Shown here one piece after another: positions 46,176 through 55,100 of a DNA stretch of 64,000 bases. Within the stretch, counting starts at the first letter, position 1. Every line of letters begins with the position of its first letter. This DNA is from an uncultured Eubacteriales bacterium (lineage in GTDB: Bacteria > Bacillota > Clostridia > Oscillospirales > Acutalibacteraceae): the NCBI GenBank assembly GCA_934552855.1, contig CAKTEU010000004.1:17021-81020 (forward strand). Direction: 5' to 3'. Under the pieces are notes generated by a model, which was given only the letters and a program-made list of their open reading frames with translations, was not told the origin of the DNA and searched no databases. The translations under genes and the position numbers were made by a program.

Positions 46176-46781
46176 ATGTTTTTCAAAAAAGATAAGTTTT
46201 CGTCCTCGGGTGCGTTTGATTATATGATTGTCGGACTCGGCAACCCGGGAAAAAAATATGAATTTACAAAGCACAACGCAGGCTTTTTGTGCATTGACCT
46301 TTTTGCACAGGAACTGGGCGAAAAAATTGACCGCCTCAAATTCAAAGCTCTCATTGCAGACGTAAAAATAAACGGCAAACGCTGCCTTTTGATGAAGCCG
46401 CAAACCTTTATGAATCTCAGCGGCGATGCGGTTCGCGATGCGGCAGAGTTTTATAAAATACCGCCCGAAAAAATCATCGTAATTTTTGACGATATAAGCC
46501 TTGAACCCGGAAAGCTGAGAATCAGAAGAAAAGGTTCGGACGGCGGCCACAACGGAATCAAAAGCATAATCTATCAGCTTCAAAGCGATAATTTTCCCCG
46601 AATCAAGCTCGGCATAGGCAAAAAGCCGCACCCGGATTTTGACCTTGCGGACTGGGTGCTTGAACCGTTCACAAAGGACGCTTTAAAAGAGCTTCGCTCG
46701 GCGTGCGACAATGCCGGAAAAGCCGTAAAGCTGATGATTGACGGAAAAATTGACGAAGCCATGAGCAACTTCAATTCATAA
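46176..46781 (+). CDS. pth: peptidyl-tRNA hydrolase
   Basis: It has ...MIVGLGNPG.KY..T.HN.GF..., ...MNLSG..., ...DD..L..G..R....GS.GGHNG.KS. Confidence 0.93.
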   Translation: MFFKKDKFSSSGAFDYMIVGLGNPGKKYEFTKHNAGFLCIDLFAQELGEKIDRLKFKALIADVKINGKRCLLMKPQTFMNLSGDAVRDAAEFYKIPPEKIIVIFDDISLEPGKLRIRRKGSDGGHNGIKSIIYQLQSDNFPRIKLGIGKKPHPDFDLADWVLEPFTKDALKELRSACDNAGKAVKLMIDGKIDEAMSNFNS

Positions 46782-46879
46782 AAAGTTTTTTCTTTTTATT
46801 CCCTTCAACATTGACCTTAAAGCAAATGTTTGATAAAATGTGAGTCGGAAATAAAATCCGATAAAAGGGGAACAAAAAA

Positions 46880-47659
46880 ATGAAGAACACAAAAAGACTT
46901 AAAGCTGTTCTTGCCGTTATTATTTGTGCGGCGGTTGTTATTTCGGCGATGTTCTTTTATTCGTTTGAAAAAACAAAAAGAAATTTTAACGTGCAGTTGC
47001 TTCCGGAAGATTTTACGGTTACGGGACACACCGGCTGCATGGGCGAAAAAGATAACTCCGTTGAAGCAATGGAATCTGCGGTTTCCGCCGGAGCACAGAT
47101 TATTGAGTTTGACCTGAATTTTGACGAAAAAGGCGAACCGGTTCTTTCTCACGATGAGCCGAAGGGAGGCGAGGTTACGCTTGAAGAGGCTTTTAAGTTC
47201 CTTCAAAAGCACCCTGCCGTTCTTGCAAACGTTGACGCAAAGAGCACAAAAAACCTTGCCGCTGTTCAAAAGCTCGGCGAAGAATACATGGTGCTCAGTC
47301 AGCTTTTTTACACCGGAATCGGTGAGGAGGATGTTGAGGCTGTTAAAAATGACAGCACGAAAATTCCGTATTATCTCAACGTTGACGTTGGCAAAAGCAA
47401 AGCTTCAAACAAAGATTATCTTGAAGAAATTGCGATGAAGGTTATTTTGAGCGGCGCTGTCGGAATCAATATGCACAAACGTGCCGTTACAAAAGAACTT
47501 TGCGGCTTTTTTCACCAAAAAGGACTTTTGGTTTCGGTGTATACAGTGAATAATGAATACGAGCTTTATCGTGTTCTTTCCTGCGGACCGGATAACATTA
47601 CTTCAAGAAGACCGGACAGGCTTTCAAAAATACTTGAAGCAAAAAACAAAGTTAATTAA
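46880..47659 (+). CDS. membrane-anchored glycerophosphodiester phosphodiesterase family protein
   Basis: It has an N-terminal TM segment and VTGHTGCMGEKDNSVEAMESAV.AGAQIIEFDL....G.PVLSHD. Confidence 0.85.
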   Translation: MKNTKRLKAVLAVIICAAVVISAMFFYSFEKTKRNFNVQLLPEDFTVTGHTGCMGEKDNSVEAMESAVSAGAQIIEFDLNFDEKGEPVLSHDEPKGGEVTLEEAFKFLQKHPAVLANVDAKSTKNLAAVQKLGEEYMVLSQLFYTGIGEEDVEAVKNDSTKIPYYLNVDVGKSKASNKDYLEEIAMKVILSGAVGINMHKRAVTKELCGFFHQKGLLVSVYTVNNEYELYRVLSCGPDNITSRRPDRLSKILEAKNKVN

Positions 47660-47690
47660 AACAATTCATATAAAGTGAGGTACTTAAAAA

Positions 47691-48890
47691 ATGAGCAAAA
47701 TTAAAATGGGAAAAATCGTCGAAATGGACGGCGACGAAATGACAAGAATCATCTGGCAGATGATTAAAGACGAGCTTCTTTCTCCGTTTGTTGAGCTTAA
47801 CACGGAATATTATGACCTTGGTCTTAAACACAGAGACGAAACCAATGACCAAGTCAGCATTGATGCCGGCGAAGCCTGCAAAAAATATCATGTCGGCGTA
47901 AAATGCGCAACAATTACCCCGAACGCACAGCGTGTTGAAGAATACAACCTTAAAGAGATGTGGAAAAGCCCGAACGGAACGATTCGTGCAATTCTTGACG
48001 GAACCGTTTTCCGTGCGCCGATTCTTGTCAGCGGAGTTAAGCCGGCCGTAAGATTTTGGGAAAAACCGATCACTATCGCCCGTCATGCATACGGCGACGT
48101 TTACAAGGGAACCGAATTCAGAGTTACCGAACCCGGAAAAGCGGAACTTCTTTTCACCGGCGAAAGCGGCGAACAAAAAAGGGCAACCGTTTATGACTTT
48201 GAATGCGGCGGCGTTCTTCAGGCGCAGTATAACAAAGACAGTTCAATCAGATCGTTCGCTCATTCATGCTTCAATTATGCGCTTGACACAAAGCAGGATC
48301 TTTGGTTTTCAACAAAGGACACAATCTCAAAACAGTATGACCAGACTTTCAAGCTTATCTTTGAAGAAATTTTTGAAAACGAATATAAAGAAGCCTTTGA
48401 AAAGGCGGGCATTACATACTTCTATACGCTCATTGATGATGCCGTTGCAAGAGTTATCCGTTCAAAAGGCGGCTACATCTGGGCTTGCAAAAACTATGAC
48501 GGCGACGTTATGAGCGACATGGTTTCAACCGCTTTCGGTTCGCTTGCAATGATGACAAGCGTTCTTGTAAGCCCGGACGGAAACTTTGAATATGAAGCCG
48601 CTCACGGAACCGTAACAAGACACTATTACCGTTATCTTGAAGGCGAAACAACTTCAACAAACCCGATTGCAACAATTTTTGCTTGGAGCGGCGCACTCAG
48701 AAAGCGCGGCGAACTTGACGGAAACGACGACCTTATGAAGTTTGCGGATAAGCTTGAAAAAGCTTCGCTTGACGTTATTGAAAGCGGAAGAATGACAAAG
48801 GACCTTGCCCTTCTTTGGCAGGGAGAAAAACCGCAGACGCTTTCAACCGAAGAATTTATCAAAGCAATCAGAGCCGAACTTGAAAAATAA
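47691..48890 (+). CDS. icd: NADP-dependent isocitrate dehydrogenase (about 400-aa subfamily)
   Basis: It has [25 protein letters not shown], ...KCATITP..., ...NYDGDV.SD.... Confidence 0.93.
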   Translation: MSKIKMGKIVEMDGDEMTRIIWQMIKDELLSPFVELNTEYYDLGLKHRDETNDQVSIDAGEACKKYHVGVKCATITPNAQRVEEYNLKEMWKSPNGTIRAILDGTVFRAPILVSGVKPAVRFWEKPITIARHAYGDVYKGTEFRVTEPGKAELLFTGESGEQKRATVYDFECGGVLQAQYNKDSSIRSFAHSCFNYALDTKQDLWFSTKDTISKQYDQTFKLIFEEIFENEYKEAFEKAGITYFYTLIDDAVARVIRSKGGYIWACKNYDGDVMSDMVSTAFGSLAMMTSVLVSPDGNFEYEAAHGTVTRHYYRYLEGETTSTNPIATIFAWSGALRKRGELDGNDDLMKFADKLEKASLDVIESGRMTKDLALLWQGEKPQTLSTEEFIKAIRAELEK

Positions 48891-48904
48891 ATCATAAAAA
48901 CCAA

Positions 48905-48946
48905 ATGCCGCCGAACCCGAAAAAACGGACTCGGCGGCATTTTTTT
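48905..48946. terminator. bidirectional terminator
   Basis: ATGCCGCCGA-N16-TCGGCGGCAT followed by TTTTTT. Confidence 0.8.
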
Positions 48947-48956
48947 AAATTAAAAA

Positions 48957-50378
48957 TTACTGTTGTTCCTTTTCTTTTTCAATGATTTCATCGCAAACGG
49001 CAATTCCTTCATCAATGGCTTTCAATGATTCATCCCTTGAAAGAAGGTAATCGTTAACAATCAAGTAATCATAAAAATCTGAAAGAAGCGGAAGAAAGCT
49101 ACTGTCATTAACCGTGAAAAAGCCCGAACCCACATAATCGCAGCCGGGTTTGTCAACAATAAAAACAACCATTGTGCAGCGGTCAAAGGTGAACACTTCA
49201 ATAACTTCGTCAATACTCAAATTACTGTCTTCGGCAACAAGAACGGGGCATTCTCCGTTTAAAATATAATCCTTTGTTTCAAGAAAAATTCTTTTTCTGT
49301 TTTCCGGACTGATATTTTTGAGAAAAATGCTTGGTGCTTCATAGCTTTTTCCCGTTTCGGCAAAAGCACGGATTGAACTTTTTGTAAAAACCCTTATAGC
49401 ATTGAGCCCTCTGCAAACCAAAAGATGACTCCAGAATGCGCTGAGAATGATTTCTCTGTTTGGAATTTCCTGCCGAAGCGTGTCGTCAAGAATATCTTTT
49501 TCGGTGAAAAAGCAAAGCGGCATATGCGATTCAAAAAGCATATGAGTTGACATCATGAGCGGTTCGGTGATGCTTTTAAGCTCAAAGGGGTTTTCTATAA
49601 TGCGGTTGAAAACAGGCCTTTTTGAATCCCGTTTTGCGGCAGAAATGAAGTATGCTTTTGTAACCGAAGTTTTTGTTGTAAAAAATCCGTTTTCGTTTTG
49701 CGGATCATACATTATTGTTGCATTTTCACCAATAAAATGACACGGAAAAGCAAAGGTTGCCTCATCCGGTTCGGCAATGTCAATGAAATGGCCGAGCTTT
49801 GCAAATTTGATGCTTGCAAAGCCGTTGCGAAGCCGCTCCTTCAGGCTGTTTTCGTCACCTTTTACAATGGTGTGGCGAACCGAAAGCCTGCAGCTTTTAC
49901 AGGACGCAAAATCATAAACAATTTTATCGGTCGGCTCGTCAAAAAATGAATAATTGGTGTATACAACGCCGTTTTCGCCTTTGTTTTCAATGTTCAAAAG
50001 AGTTATCAGTGCGTTGTAAAAATCAGTTTTTCTCGAAAGGACAACGCTGCTTTCTGTCAGGTCAAGTTCGTTTAATTCGGGAAGTTCGCAGACCGGACTT
50101 TTTCCTATGAACCGAATCTCATTGCGGATGAACTCCATCGTTTCAAGCTTTTCTTTGCTGAAAGAGGCAAGGCGAAAAGCACGGGTCAAATCATCCTTTT
50201 GAACGGGAGAAAACTTGTATGTGTTAAGAATGCGCTCAAAGGTTTCTTCACTCGGAATTTTTTTTCCGTTGAAAACCGAATAAACCGCAACACGGTTGAA
50301 ACCGAGGTCATCGGCAAAATGAGTTGCGGGTATTTTCATTTTTTTCAACGTTGCTTTTAAAAGTGAACCAAAGTGCAT
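48957..50378 (-). CDS. XRE-type HTH protein with a large uncharacterised C-terminal domain (paralog 1, 473 aa)
   Basis: The N-terminus MHFGSLLKATLKKMKIPATHFADDLGFNRVAVYSVFNGKK is a Cro/C1-like HTH. The remaining roughly 400 aa share blocks with the next gene: YTNYSFFD, (I/V)KFAKLGH, (H/Y)FIG, FW(S/N)HL. Confidence 0.8.
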   Translation of the reverse strand: MHFGSLLKATLKKMKIPATHFADDLGFNRVAVYSVFNGKKIPSEETFERILNTYKFSPVQKDDLTRAFRLASFSKEKLETMEFIRNEIRFIGKSPVCELPELNELDLTESSVVLSRKTDFYNALITLLNIENKGENGVVYTNYSFFDEPTDKIVYDFASCKSCRLSVRHTIVKGDENSLKERLRNGFASIKFAKLGHFIDIAEPDEATFAFPCHFIGENATIMYDPQNENGFFTTKTSVTKAYFISAAKRDSKRPVFNRIIENPFELKSITEPLMMSTHMLFESHMPLCFFTEKDILDDTLRQEIPNREIILSAFWSHLLVCRGLNAIRVFTKSSIRAFAETGKSYEAPSIFLKNISPENRKRIFLETKDYILNGECPVLVAEDSNLSIDEVIEVFTFDRCTMVVFIVDKPGCDYVGSGFFTVNDSSFLPLLSDFYDYLIVNDYLLSRDESLKAIDEGIAVCDEIIEKEKEQQ

Positions 50379-50421
50379 AAATCTTTCCTTTCGCCCGTTA
50401 TTTTTAAACGGTGAGAAAAGC

Positions 50422-51837
50422 TCAACCGTTGTTTATAACCGATTCGCATTGACCGATGAGATCGTCAATCAAAAGTTCGGCATATTTTTTTGAGAGTGTG
50501 CCGTCGCTCAAAACAATGTATTCCTCAAAATCGGTAAAGAGCTTTGAAAGCTCTGCGTCGTGATAAATAATATAGCAGCCGCCGATAAAGTTTTCTTTTG
50601 AATTGACTTCTGAACAAAAAAGCACCGAAAAACCGTCTTTATAAATTTCAATTGCAAAGTGTTCGGTAACTCTGACGGCATCGCTGTTCATTATTTTTAA
50701 GCAATAATTGTTTTTGACAACGCTTTCTTTGTATTTTTTGAAAAGCACAATTCGGTTTTCGGTGCTTATCGGATGAAGAAATTCAGGTGAAGCGTCGCTT
50801 GCAATTCCGTCCCTTGCAAAACGTTGAAGCCCCAATTGAGAAAAAAGGCCGTGCGGGGTTGAGCTTTGAACTTTTTTGAGATGGTTCCAAAATTCTTCAA
50901 TCACAAAGTCACGATAAGGAACGTTATCCTTGACTGTTTCGGAAAGAATCTTTTTTGTTGTGAAAATATTCGCCGGAAATCTGAAATCCAAAAACGAAAC
51001 CATATTTTTTTGAAGCGGTGTAAGAATTTCTTTCAAATCAAGCACGCTTTCGCAAAAGCCGGTTAAAACGGTTTTCTTTTTTTCGTTTTTCATTGCGGCA
51101 AGGCGAAACGCATCAACAATGGCTTTTTCTCCGGTGAGAAAGCCGCATTCGTTTTCGTTGTCATACTGAATAACGGTTTTTGCCCCGATAAAATATGTTG
51201 CAAAAGTAAAATTCTTTTTTCCGCCGGTTGACGCATTCGTAATGTGGCCGAGTTTTGCAAATTTAACGCTTGAAAAAACGTTGTGAAGGCGTTCTTTGAT
51301 GTCAATGTCACCGCCCATTCTGACAGTATGCTTGATAAGAACGTCGTTTCCCTTGTTGTTTATTGCAAAATCATAAAGCATATTGTCTGCCTGAATGTCA
51401 AAAAACGAATAGTTTGTATATATTACATTATTCTTACACAAAGCTTCGTTTTCAAGAAATGCCGCAATTGCCGAATAATATTCGGCCGAACCGACAATTG
51501 TTGTTTCTTCGTTGCAAACGGCAATTTCTTTCAACGGGAGAGACAAAAACGGGCGGATTTTTCCCGTTGTTTCAAGCTCGTCTTTAAGAACGAATAAAAG
51601 CTCCTTTTGGCTTTCGCCGATATTTTCAAGATAAAAAAGGCGTTTGAGCTCCGAAGCTTGAAGAGGTGAAAAATCATATGTATTGAGAATAAATTTAAAA
51701 GTATCTTCGGAAAGCTTTTTTTCGCCGTTAAAAACCGAATAAAGCGAAACCCTTGTGCAACCGATATCAGAAGAAAGGCGTGTCACGGGCACCGAATTTT
51801 CTTTTAATGTTTTTTTCAAAAGTGCGCCGAATTCCAT
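50422..51837 (-). CDS. XRE-type HTH protein with a large uncharacterised C-terminal domain (paralog 2, 471 aa)
   Basis: It starts MEFGALLKKTLKENSVPVTRLSSDIGCTRVSLYSVFNGEKK and is colinear with 48957..50378 over its full length. Confidence 0.8.
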   Translation of the reverse strand: MEFGALLKKTLKENSVPVTRLSSDIGCTRVSLYSVFNGEKKLSEDTFKFILNTYDFSPLQASELKRLFYLENIGESQKELLFVLKDELETTGKIRPFLSLPLKEIAVCNEETTIVGSAEYYSAIAAFLENEALCKNNVIYTNYSFFDIQADNMLYDFAINNKGNDVLIKHTVRMGGDIDIKERLHNVFSSVKFAKLGHITNASTGGKKNFTFATYFIGAKTVIQYDNENECGFLTGEKAIVDAFRLAAMKNEKKKTVLTGFCESVLDLKEILTPLQKNMVSFLDFRFPANIFTTKKILSETVKDNVPYRDFVIEEFWNHLKKVQSSTPHGLFSQLGLQRFARDGIASDASPEFLHPISTENRIVLFKKYKESVVKNNYCLKIMNSDAVRVTEHFAIEIYKDGFSVLFCSEVNSKENFIGGCYIIYHDAELSKLFTDFEEYIVLSDGTLSKKYAELLIDDLIGQCESVINNG

Positions 51838-51933
51838 AAAATTACCAATGCCTTCCTTTCACACCGGCTTTATCAAATCAATAAGGCCGGGATAATATGA
51901 ACCGCCTGACCGAAAACAGTCAGATACTAAACT

Positions 51934-51962
51934 ATATTATCACATACGCCAAATTGTGTCAA
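51934..51962 (-). promoter_or_regulatory. near-consensus promoter for the HTH pair
   Basis: Minus strand reads TTGACA-17 nt-TAATAT with a TGTG extended -10 context. It leaves a leader of about 95 nt containing two small hairpins. Confidence 0.6.
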
Positions 51963-52073
51963 TCTGAGCAAGTCCAAAAAAACGGACTTATTGCGTTAAT
52001 AAAAATTAATATTTGACTTAAAAAACGGCTATAAACCCTTGTGGAATAATGTTTTTTTGAACCCGGAACTAAA

Positions 52074-52107
52074 AGTGTAAAAAAGTGTAAAATTTAATTT
52101 TTACACT
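52074..52107. promoter_or_regulatory. triple AGTGTAAAA motif (two direct copies plus one inverted), candidate operator or activator site
   Basis: AGTGTAAAA is at 52074-52082 and 52084-52092, and TTTTACACT at 52099-52107. The last two form AAGTGTAAAA-TTTAAT-TTTTACACTT, ending 10 bp before a -35 box on the plus strand. Confidence 0.4.
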
Positions 52108-52116
52108 TTGTAGTAG

Positions 52117-52145
52117 TTGATGAAAATCAAAAAGTCTGCTATTAT
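52117..52145 (+). promoter_or_regulatory. promoter of the structured RNA/leader
   Basis: TTGATG-17 nt-TATTAT. Confidence 0.5.
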
Positions 52146-52151
52146 ATCACC

Positions 52152-52390
52152 GTCAACTGCAAAGCGAAAACCGCTTCGGGGAGACTGCGGTTTTAATCGG
52201 AACGTTTTTGCGGCACACCCTATTTCTTTCACAAAATCGGCGGCCGGTTTTGGCCGAATCACACCCAAATATAAAATCGGACGGCCGATGGGGTTAACTG
52301 TTATTTTTGAATAACCGCTAACCCCGTCGGTCAAAACACCCCTCAAAAAACACAGTCTGTCGCTGCAAAAGCAGCGGCTTTTTATTTTTG
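52152..52390 (+). ncRNA. structured RNA of about 240 nt ending in an intrinsic terminator (unclassified riboswitch-like leader or sRNA) upstream of the glycosyltransferase operon
   Basis: Hairpins are AAAACCGC-N12-GCGGTTTT, CGGCC-GGTTTT-GGCCG and CCGATGGGGTTA-N22-TAACCCCGTCGG. The motifs AAATCGG(A/C)GGCCG and ACACCC recur. The terminator is CGCTGC-AAAA-GCAGCG followed by GCTTTTTATTTTTG. I cannot assign a known riboswitch class. Confidence 0.4.
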
Positions 52391-52403
52391 TCTTTTTAAA
52401 ACG

Positions 52404-52432
52404 TTGTAAAATTATCCGCAAGGTGTTATACT
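52404..52432 (+). promoter_or_regulatory. second promoter directly upstream of the glycosyltransferase operon
   Basis: TTGTAA-17 nt-TATACT. Confidence 0.4.
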
Positions 52433-52467
52433 GTAAAATGTGAATGTTTTTTTGAGGTGACATAACA

Positions 52468-53169
52468 ATGATTTCCGTTGCACTTGCCGCATACAAAGGC
52501 GAAAAATATATTGAAGAACAGCTTTGTTCAATTCTTCCCCAGCTTTCATCGGAAGACGAAATAATTGTTTCGGATGACAAACCCGGCGGACGAACCGAAA
52601 AAATCGTCCGTTCCCTTATGGCGGAAGACCCGAGGATTGTTTATGTTGAAGGAAAAGGAAAGGGCGTTGTTCAAAATTTTGTCAATGCAATCCGCTATTG
52701 CAAGGGAGACAAAATTTTTCTTTGCGACCAGGATGATGTTTGGCTTCCAAACAAAGTTTCAAGGGTTATGGAAGCGTTTGAAAGCGGCGCAACGCTTGTT
52801 CTTCACAACGCATATGTTACAGATGAAAACCTTAATATTACCGATTATTCGTTTTTTCAAAAAAGGGGAAGCAAAAAGGGCTTTATCCGCAACATAATCA
52901 AAAATTCATACATGGGCTGCTGCATGGCGTTTGACAGAAAGCTGCTCAAAAAAATTATGCCGATTCCGCATTATGTTCCGATGCACGACCAATGGATCGG
53001 ACTTATGGGCGAAAAATACGGAAAGGTCATGCTTGTTGACGCTCCGCTTATTTATTATCGCATTCACGGAGATAACGTTACCGGCGGCGAAACATCGTTT
53101 TGGCAAAAACTGCAATGGAGAAGATATCTTCTCAAGCGTCTTTTTACCCGCATAGTTTTCAACAGATAA
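52468..53169 (+). CDS. family 2 glycosyltransferase
   Basis: MISVALAAYKGEKYIEEQL.S...Q, ...SDD.S.D..., ...CDQDD.W. RBS is GAGGTG. Confidence 0.85.
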   Translation: MISVALAAYKGEKYIEEQLCSILPQLSSEDEIIVSDDKPGGRTEKIVRSLMAEDPRIVYVEGKGKGVVQNFVNAIRYCKGDKIFLCDQDDVWLPNKVSRVMEAFESGATLVLHNAYVTDENLNITDYSFFQKRGSKKGFIRNIIKNSYMGCCMAFDRKLLKKIMPIPHYVPMHDQWIGLMGEKYGKVMLVDAPLIYYRIHGDNVTGGETSFWQKLQWRRYLLKRLFTRIVFNR

Positions 53170-53189
53170 AACAAGAGAAGGAGAAAAGC

Positions 53190-53969
53190 ATGAAAGATTA
53201 CACTGTTTCGGTTTGCATTGTGACCTATAACAGCAAAGATATTATTGAAAAAACAATAAGCAGCATTATTGAACAAACAAAGGGCGTGAAGCTTGACTTT
53301 TTTGTTGTTGACAATGCTTCGACCGACAAAACACCGGAATTTATCCGCTCGCATTTTCCGGAAGTTACGGTTGTTGAAAACCGAACAAACCTCGGCTTCG
53401 GTGCGGCGCACAATAAAGTTATACCGAAGCTTAAGTCAAAATATCACATCGTTGTCAATCCCGATATCATTCTTAAGGACAATGCAATTTTGAAACTTTG
53501 CGATTATGCCGACGAGCATGAAAACATCGGTCTGCTTTCGCCGCAAATCAAGTTTGACGACGGAAAAATTCAGCAGCTTGGAAAACGTAACCCGACTTTC
53601 CGCTATCTCGGCTCGCATTGGTTCCATAAAGGCGACATACCCTCAAAAACCATGATTGAATATTGTATGCTTGACGTTCCGGACAACGAAACGGCCGAAA
53701 TTTCAAACGCAACGGGATGTTTCATGTTTTTCCGCACCGACGTTTTCAAACAGCTTGAAGGTTTTGACGAGCGGTTCTTTATGTATCTTGAGGATTGCGA
53801 CATTGCAAGAAGAGTCAGTGAAAGCAAAAAGTATAAAGCCGTTTTTTATCCGATGGCAGAGGTCACTCACCTTTGGGAAAGGGGAAGCAAAAAAAACAAA
53901 AAGCTTCTTGCAATTCATATTCATTCAATCATTTCATACTTCCTCAAATGGGGAATAAAGATTTGGTAA
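53190..53969 (+). CDS. family 2 glycosyltransferase (rhamnosyltransferase-like)
   Basis: ORF trimmed to the ATG at 53190 (RBS AAGGAG). It has VSVCIVTYNS, ...VVDNAS.D, ...NLGFG.AHN, ...EDCD.... Confidence 0.85.
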   Translation: MKDYTVSVCIVTYNSKDIIEKTISSIIEQTKGVKLDFFVVDNASTDKTPEFIRSHFPEVTVVENRTNLGFGAAHNKVIPKLKSKYHIVVNPDIILKDNAILKLCDYADEHENIGLLSPQIKFDDGKIQQLGKRNPTFRYLGSHWFHKGDIPSKTMIEYCMLDVPDNETAEISNATGCFMFFRTDVFKQLEGFDERFFMYLEDCDIARRVSESKKYKAVFYPMAEVTHLWERGSKKNKKLLAIHIHSIISYFLKWGIKIW

Positions 53970-53978
53970 GGTGAGCGC

Positions 53979-55100
53979 ATGAAAAGTTTTTTATATCGCC
54001 TTTATGCGTTGCTGTTCAATATTGCAGCAATGATTTTTCCGCTCAAAAAGAACCGTGCGGCATTCATTTCAATGCACAACGAAAACTTCAACGACAGTCT
54101 CGGAGAGGTTATGCGTGAATTTAAAAGCCGGGGTTTTGAATGTGTTTTGATAACACGCCGTGACCTTGACGTGAGTTTTAAAAACATTCCCCGTGTTTTC
54201 GGATTCTTTTTTATCAAAAGCCGGCTTCTTGCTTCGTCAAAGTATGTTTTTCTTAACGATAATTTTATGCCGATGGCGTTTTTAAACTTCAAAAGCGATG
54301 CGGTTGTTACCCAGCTTTGGCACGCAGAAGGCGCATTCAAGCGTTTCGGCCTTTCAATTGAACAGCCCGAAGCCGTTCGCAAAAACGAAATTGCCGGCAA
54401 CGAAAAGCTGAACTTTGTTGTTTGCTCCTCAAAAGCCGTTGCTCCCGTTTATGCCGAAGCATTCGGCGTAAAGTCCTCTCAGGTGCTTCCGCTCGGAGCA
54501 CCGAGGGCGGACTACCTTTTGAAAAAAGAAAACGCCGAAAAAGCCGAAACTGAACTTGAAAAGCTTTATCCTTTGATAAAGGGCAAGCAAATTGTTCTTT
54601 ATGCGCCGACGTTCAGAAACACGAAAGAAGAAAACGAAACGCTTCTTTCTCATTTTGATTTTGAGCTTTTTCAAAAAGAGTTCGGCGAAGAATATGCTCT
54701 TTTGATAAGGCTTCATCCGCAGATTCACGAAAAAGTAAAAATTATTCCGTTTGCAATTGATGTTACCGATTATGACGACGTTCGAAAGCTTGTTCTTGCG
54801 TCCGACGTTCTTATCACCGATTATTCTTCAATTTGCATGGACTTTTCTCTGCTTTCAAAAAAGACGGTTTTCTTTGCTTTTGATGAGGAAAAATATATTG
54901 CGGAAAGAAATTTCTGCTTCGATTACAAAACAGAGCTTCCGGGCGAAAGAGCAAGAACAACAAAAGAGGTTGTTGAGCTTATCAGAGCCGAATTTGACGA
55001 AGAAAAAAACAAAAAGTTCAGAGATAAAAATTTTGATTTTCTTGATTGCAAAAGTGCAAAACGTGTTGCAGACGCAATTATTAAAGGGGGAAACACATGA
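53979..55100 (+). CDS. CDP-glycerol glycerophosphotransferase (TagB/TagF family)
   Basis: TQLWHAEGAFKRFG, ...YAPTFR and ...LITDYSS are typical TagF-family blocks. Confidence 0.88.
   Translation: MKSFLYRLYALLFNIAAMIFPLKKNRAAFISMHNENFNDSLGEVMREFKSRGFECVLITRRDLDVSFKNIPRVFGFFFIKSRLLASSKYVFLNDNFMPMAFLNFKSDAVVTQLWHAEGAFKRFGLSIEQPEAVRKNEIAGNEKLNFVVCSSKAVAPVYAEAFGVKSSQVLPLGAPRADYLLKKENAEKAETELEKLYPLIKGKQIVLYAPTFRNTKEENETLLSHFDFELFQKEFGEEYALLIRLHPQIHEKVKIIPFAIDVTDYDDVRKLVLASDVLITDYSSICMDFSLLSKKTVFFAFDEEKYIAERNFCFDYKTELPGERARTTKEVVELIRAEFDEEKNKKFRDKNFDFLDCKSAKRVADAIIKGGNT

Noticed and set aside
51898-52017. A 39-aa plus-strand ORF (MNRLTENSQILNYIITYAKLCQSEQVQKNGLIALIKINI) is divergent from the HTH pair. 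I considered it as a possible signalling-peptide gene.
   Set aside because: The RBS is weak, there is no signal peptide or export motif, and it overlaps the strong minus-strand promoter of the regulators. It does not look like an RRNPP-type pro-peptide.
52101-52580. A 159-aa minus-strand ORF and a 65-aa plus-strand ORF (52117..52314) lie in the long intergenic region.
   Set aside because: Neither has a ribosome-binding site. The minus-strand ORF overlaps the well-supported glycosyltransferase start. The composition is not protein-like, and the region is better explained as a structured RNA with a promoter and terminator.
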